A stretch of DNA of 54,863 nt, taken from the IMG/VR virus record IMGVR_UViG_3300033273_000548, positions 1 to 54,863 of that record, one strand, 5' to 3'. Below are positions 51,473 through 54,863 of this stretch, piece by piece. This DNA is from a virus (taxonomy: Duplodnaviria; Caudoviricetes). Each line of letters opens with the position of its first letter. Position 1 is the first letter of the stretch. Under the pieces are notes generated by a model. It was not told where the DNA came from and searched no databases. It worked only from the letters and a program-made list of their open reading frames with translations. The position numbers were made by a program, and so were the translations under genes.

Positions 51473-52044
51473 ACTAATGTCACCAAAATGTCTGAGAAAG
51501 TTTTATCTACAACAACCTTCTGATCAAATTTTTCTTCAATCCAGTCAGAAGTGAAGTATTCCCATTTACATTTATGCTGCATACCAAACTCCAAGATTGC
51601 AGAATTTTGTTTCATGATTTCATTAAACAGGTATCCACTGTTTTTATATGCAGAATAGTTTGGATACTTAATTTGAAATCCTCCCACTTCATGCCACCAT
51701 GCATAACTAACCATGTCTGGACGATAGACCATCATGATCAAATCATCTGGAAACAACTTTCGTATATTACCTAGATAATATGACCACTCGTGACTCTTAA
51801 TTAACTTACATCCACCAGGAGTTGACCAAGCTTGATCAATATAATCTGCATCTAGAATCGTATCAAACTCCATCTCTGGCCCAAAATAAGCACCACGATG
51901 TCCATTATAACGGTGATGTATAAACTCACGTTCTGGAGTACGATCAGAAGTATTCATGCCAGACATCTTCTCTAAAGTCTGAGCTATACCACTCCAACGA
52001 GATCCAGGAACTCCGGTAAAAAATATCCTATCAGGCAATTTCAT
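51469..52044 (-). CDS. P-loop/sulfotransferase-like protein 3
   Basis: IFFTGVPGSRWSGIAQ..LIKSH..FPD..IMMVYRP. Confidence 0.6.
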   Translation of the reverse strand: MKLPDRIFFTGVPGSRWSGIAQTLEKMSGMNTSDRTPEREFIHHRYNGHRGAYFGPEMEFDTILDADYIDQAWSTPGGCKLIKSHEWSYYLGNIRKLFPDDLIMMVYRPDMVSYAWWHEVGGFQIKYPNYSAYKNSGYLFNEIMKQNSAILEFGMQHKCKWEYFTSDWIEEKFDQKVVVDKTFSDILVTLV

Positions 52045-52561
52045 GAATCAAGAGCAATTAAATGAATACTTTGCACACAAATGGAAGAGTAACATATCAC
52101 AATATTTTTATTGCGGTTGGAACTTAATTGATAATATTTGTGATGATGAGTGGGTTTTGGATGTGGGTTGTGGACCAAACCCATTTAAAGGGAAAATAAA
52201 GAACTTAATTGGTATAGATCCCGCGTATGATCAAGCCGACTATAAAGTAACAATAGAAGAATTCAAAACCGAACAGAGGTTTGATGTTGCTTTTTGTCTA
52301 GGAAGTTTAAACTTTGGATCTTATGATAAGATTATATCAGAAATAAGTTGTGTCGTAAACCTACTAAAACCAGAAGCAAGAATATACTGGAGATCCAATC
52401 CAGGTAGAAAAGATCACCAGCATAAAGACTGTGAACAAATTGAATTTTTTCCGTGGACTTTTGATCGTCACAAAGAGTTTTCAAAACAGTTTGGATTTGG
52501 GTGTGTAGATTTAAGATGGGATAGTAATCATAGAATCTATGCAGAATGGTCTCGAACATAG
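52043..52561 (+). CDS. Class I SAM-dependent methyltransferase
   Basis: VLDVGCG motif I, GIDP, FDVAFCLGSLNF, LLKPEAR. Confidence 0.85.
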   Translation: MNQEQLNEYFAHKWKSNISQYFYCGWNLIDNICDDEWVLDVGCGPNPFKGKIKNLIGIDPAYDQADYKVTIEEFKTEQRFDVAFCLGSLNFGSYDKIISEISCVVNLLKPEARIYWRSNPGRKDHQHKDCEQIEFFPWTFDRHKEFSKQFGFGCVDLRWDSNHRIYAEWSRT

Positions 52562-52749
52562 ATCTTTATAGGTGGTCCATCATTCCAGTGTCGTATAGCG
52601 TTGGCAACAATAGCCACATTGGTAACCATATAACAAATAAGAATAAAGGTGCGTATGCCAGCAATAATATCTGCTTCTCTATCATTCTTTCCCTCCTTTG
52701 CTCCTAGTGCTTTTGCCCAGATTCTCCAGGCACTTTTACTCTTTTTCAT
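52537..52749 (-). CDS. Small membrane protein
   Basis: WRIWAKALG.K..EAD.IA.IRT + transmembrane-like helix. Confidence 0.65.
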   Translation of the reverse strand: MKKSKSAWRIWAKALGAKEGKNDREADIIAGIRTFILICYMVTNVAIVANAIRHWNDGPPIKIYVRDHSA

Positions 52750-52921
52750 CCAGTTTAATCTCTCTCATCCCTTTAACATCAACGCCACGTTTAATCATGG
52801 ACATCATACCCTCCTGTGCGGAAGTCATATCAAAGTAACAAGCAACTCTATCTTTACCCCAGAGAACATAATCAACACCATAGAACCCATACTTTAATGG
52901 GTCACGCATTCTTGCCATCAA
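52736..52921 (-). CDS. Hypothetical protein
   Basis: Overlapping operon ORF. Confidence 0.5.
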   Translation of the reverse strand: MMARMRDPLKYGFYGVDYVLWGKDRVACYFDMTSAQEGMMSMIKRGVDVKGMREIKLDEKE

Positions 52922-53187
52922 TATCTCTCCGGTATTTGACTATAACATTCATCAGAATATTTGGATACTCTAGTTTTAATATACTCTAGATTCTTCCACT
53001 CTTCTGGAAAACAAAGTACAAGTGTATGAGTTTTTTCATGTAACGAACAGTGTTTGGTGTTCTCATCCATACACTTTACACCAATCTCAATAGTAATATA
53101 ATAGTCGGAAACAAAATAAACCCACCCCTCCAAGGGTTGAGGAGTTGTGTTCCAGATCACATAGTCATCAACTTTGGGATTGTACAT
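52918..53187 (-). CDS. Hypothetical protein
   Basis: YNPKVDDYVIW..EGWVYF..YITIEIGVK. Confidence 0.65.
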   Translation of the reverse strand: MYNPKVDDYVIWNTTPQPLEGWVYFVSDYYITIEIGVKCMDENTKHCSLHEKTHTLVLCFPEEWKNLEYIKTRVSKYSDECYSQIPERY

Positions 53188-53196
53188 TGTTAGAAT

Positions 53197-53427
53197 TTAA
53201 TCCTGTGGTTTGTGGTTTTTCATACCATCATGGTTGCCGTCACCAGGCAGTTTACCATATGCAAGATACTCTACTGCTTGAAGAGATCCAACAAGACGAT
53301 TCAAATCTTCTTGAATTTTTACATACTCATCATATGCTTCTTTCAATTCGCCTGCTCTGGCACGAAGTTGAAAAGTTCTTTTAGTGAACCGTTCAATCAG
53401 TTGTTCGTAATTTTCAGTCGGTTTCAT
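53197..53427 (-). CDS. Hypothetical coiled-coil protein
   Basis: 76-aa ORF in operon. Confidence 0.6.
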   Translation of the reverse strand: MKPTENYEQLIERFTKRTFQLRARAGELKEAYDEYVKIQEDLNRLVGSLQAVEYLAYGKLPGDGNHDGMKNHKPQD

Positions 53428-53732
53428 AGTTTGCCTCCTACAACACCACTATTTACAACTTTTGAAGTCTCATCAAGAGTTCCATCCTGAAGACACTTCA
53501 AATGCCATCGAGTCATATCCTTGACTACTTCATAATCCATACCAGTAATGAAGTGGGCACCAAAAGGTTCCTTTAAAATACTCGTATGCATACCAAATCG
53601 GGTCTTCTTAATATAGAAGGCATCATCAATCCATTCTACATCGTCTGGAACGTTTGGTTCAATAGTCCCTCCAAGAGAATCTTCAAGTCGAGCTTTTCTT
53701 TTAGTTTCAGTTTGTTGTGCCTGCTCTACCAT
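53424..53732 (-). CDS. Hypothetical protein (..WIDDAFY..NSGVVGGKL)
   Basis: Start trimmed to MVEQ. Confidence 0.6.
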   Translation of the reverse strand: MVEQAQQTETKRKARLEDSLGGTIEPNVPDDVEWIDDAFYIKKTRFGMHTSILKEPFGAHFITGMDYEVVKDMTRWHLKCLQDGTLDETSKVVNSGVVGGKL

Positions 53733-54063
53733 AATTGTCCTCCAAACGTACAATGTCTTCTTCGTCGCAATAACCTCTTTGGACTTCTATAAAAGATAGT
53801 CCAAACTCACCAGCAGTTGCTCTATGAATCTGTTTTACAGGAATATTAAATGTATCCCCAACAGAACATTTTAAAACTGTTTCTCCGTTGTTAATTACTC
53901 CAGTACCCTCAACCATAATCCAGTGTTCGTGTCGATGTTCGTGGTACTGAAGCGAAAATGATTGTCCCGGATTTACAATAATTTTCTTTACCTTATAGGT
54001 TCCATCCCTCGATTCATATATTAGTTCGTATGAACCCCAGGGACGTTCTGTTACTTCATGCAT
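53707..54063 (-). CDS. Stand-alone cupin, mannose-6-phosphate isomerase type II C-terminal domain
   Basis: RPWGSY..VKKI.VNPG..SLQYHEHRHEHW..IEVQRG..EEDIVRLEDNYGR. Confidence 0.88.
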   Translation of the reverse strand: MHEVTERPWGSYELIYESRDGTYKVKKIIVNPGQSFSLQYHEHRHEHWIMVEGTGVINNGETVLKCSVGDTFNIPVKQIHRATAGEFGLSFIEVQRGYCDEEDIVRLEDNYGRAGTTN

Positions 54064-54067
54064 TTAG

Positions 54068-54289
54068 TTACAAGTGATTTGGACATTTAGTAGCGACTGT
54101 AGCGACAGCTAAAGCACCAATGCCTGTAGACCCCCTAACAACTTTCCTCACTTGAGTTCCACCATATTTTTCATTAGCGTAGCTATAGGCAAGAAGAACT
54201 GATTTGAGAGTATCGTTACCTTTGTCACGATATGCACAAAATTCAGTCGCTACACTATTTAATAAAGTTACCAATGTGAGTTCAATCAT
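54068..54289 (-). CDS. Hypothetical protein
   Basis: 73-aa ORF. Confidence 0.55.
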   Translation of the reverse strand: MIELTLVTLLNSVATEFCAYRDKGNDTLKSVLLAYSYANEKYGGTQVRKVVRGSTGIGALAVATVATKCPNHL

Positions 54290-54453
54290 TTCTTAACCGT
54301 CAACTTGTAATCTTTCTTTTTAAGATTATGTCTCTTGATGTATTTGTCCGCATGTTCCTTACACTCGAACCAACAAACTCGTTTGTCTTTTTTGTCATTT
54401 AGATCGAGTCGATAAGGAAACGATTCATGTGGAAACAGTTCTGTCTCGGCCAT
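54286..54453 (-). CDS. Small hypothetical protein (55 aa, ..FPYRL..CWFECKEHADKYIKR..)
   Basis: Read manually; ATGA overlap. Confidence 0.6.
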   Translation of the reverse strand: MAETELFPHESFPYRLDLNDKKDKRVCWFECKEHADKYIKRHNLKKKDYKLTVKK

Positions 54454-54598
54454 CCTTGAGTTGGTTGTCTAATTCTTCTATACCAGAATACAGGTCTTGG
54501 ATTGATGTGGCAAGACTTTCTTGTTGTTTCTCGGCAGTTTTTTTATTGATCATCTTTTCATACTGATGAGCACCAAGGTTATCCAAAAAGTCATGCAT
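54425..54598 (-). CDS. Small hypothetical protein (57 aa, MHDFLDNLGAHQYEKM...)
   Basis: Read manually. Confidence 0.45.
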   Translation of the reverse strand: MHDFLDNLGAHQYEKMINKKTAEKQQESLATSIQDLYSGIEELDNQLKDGRDRTVST

Positions 54599-54601
54599 GA
54601 T

Positions 54602-54863
54602 CTATTCTCCTATATTGTGAATGACTGGTTTTTCATGTCTCAAAATATTATACAGAGATTCATTTTCTGCAGCAGAAACGGGAATAAACTCTGTATCTGG
54701 ATTAAACTCATTATCACGAACTGCCTGATTGATCACGATCGATCCTTCTTCACCAGACATAGAACGGTGGAATGTCATCTTAGGGACAACCAAAGCACCA
54801 CTAGTTCTATTCAAGTGAACAATGTGATACGGAAACTTCCACTCAGGATTCACTAACTCAAAA
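54602..54863 (-). CDS. Cupin-like hypothetical protein, 5' end outside the window
   Basis: YHIVHLNR.SGAL.VP..TFHRS.SG..GSIVINQA. Confidence 0.6.
   Translation of the reverse strand, partial: FELVNPEWKFPYHIVHLNRTSGALVVPKMTFHRSMSGEEGSIVINQAVRDNEFNPDTEFIPVSAAENESLYNILRHEKPVIHNIGE

Noticed and set aside
32937-52561. Saxitoxin- or streptomycin-like gene cluster (amidinotransferase, carbamoyltransferase, sulfotransferase-like, methyltransferase, oxygenases)
   Set aside because: Only enzyme classes overlap. There is no SxtA-like PKS, cyclase, inositol dehydrogenase or transporter, and the genes are interspersed with phage structural and hypothetical ORFs.

Overview
This window is a 54.9-kb, AT-rich, gene-dense segment of a T4-like marine cyanomyovirus (Synechococcus/Prochlorococcus phage, Kyanoviridae-like). 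Most genes are on the minus strand. 1-19.4 kb is a baseplate/tail module (gp5, gp27-like hub, two muralytic proteins, gp51, gp26, gp54-like, gp4, gp2, gp48, and a gp53 with a large insertion), with cp12 embedded in it. 19.4-26.2 kb holds gp32, gp59, gp33, an exonuclease, phoH, two glycosyltransferases and thyX. 26.4-27.7 kb is a putative nitrogen-sensing locus: two tandem glutamine-II (Downstream-peptide)-like riboswitch folds, each with a whole small ORF in its P2 loop, upstream of DUF4278-like peptides, plus two NtcA-like boxes. 27.7-35.9 kb has petE, speD, glutaredoxin, an HNH nuclease, a carbamoyltransferase and many small ORFs. 35.9-52.6 kb is an accessory modification-enzyme island: five GT25-like proteins around a minimal DegT aminotransferase, an oxygenase and an amidinotransferase; a tail-collar/2OG-Fe(II) oxygenase cassette; and two radical SAM/SPASM proteins with sulfotransferase-like proteins, a ferritin-like diiron protein and an inverted methyltransferase. 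No tRNA, rRNA or CRISPR array was recognised. All calls come from reading motifs by eye; no database searches were run.
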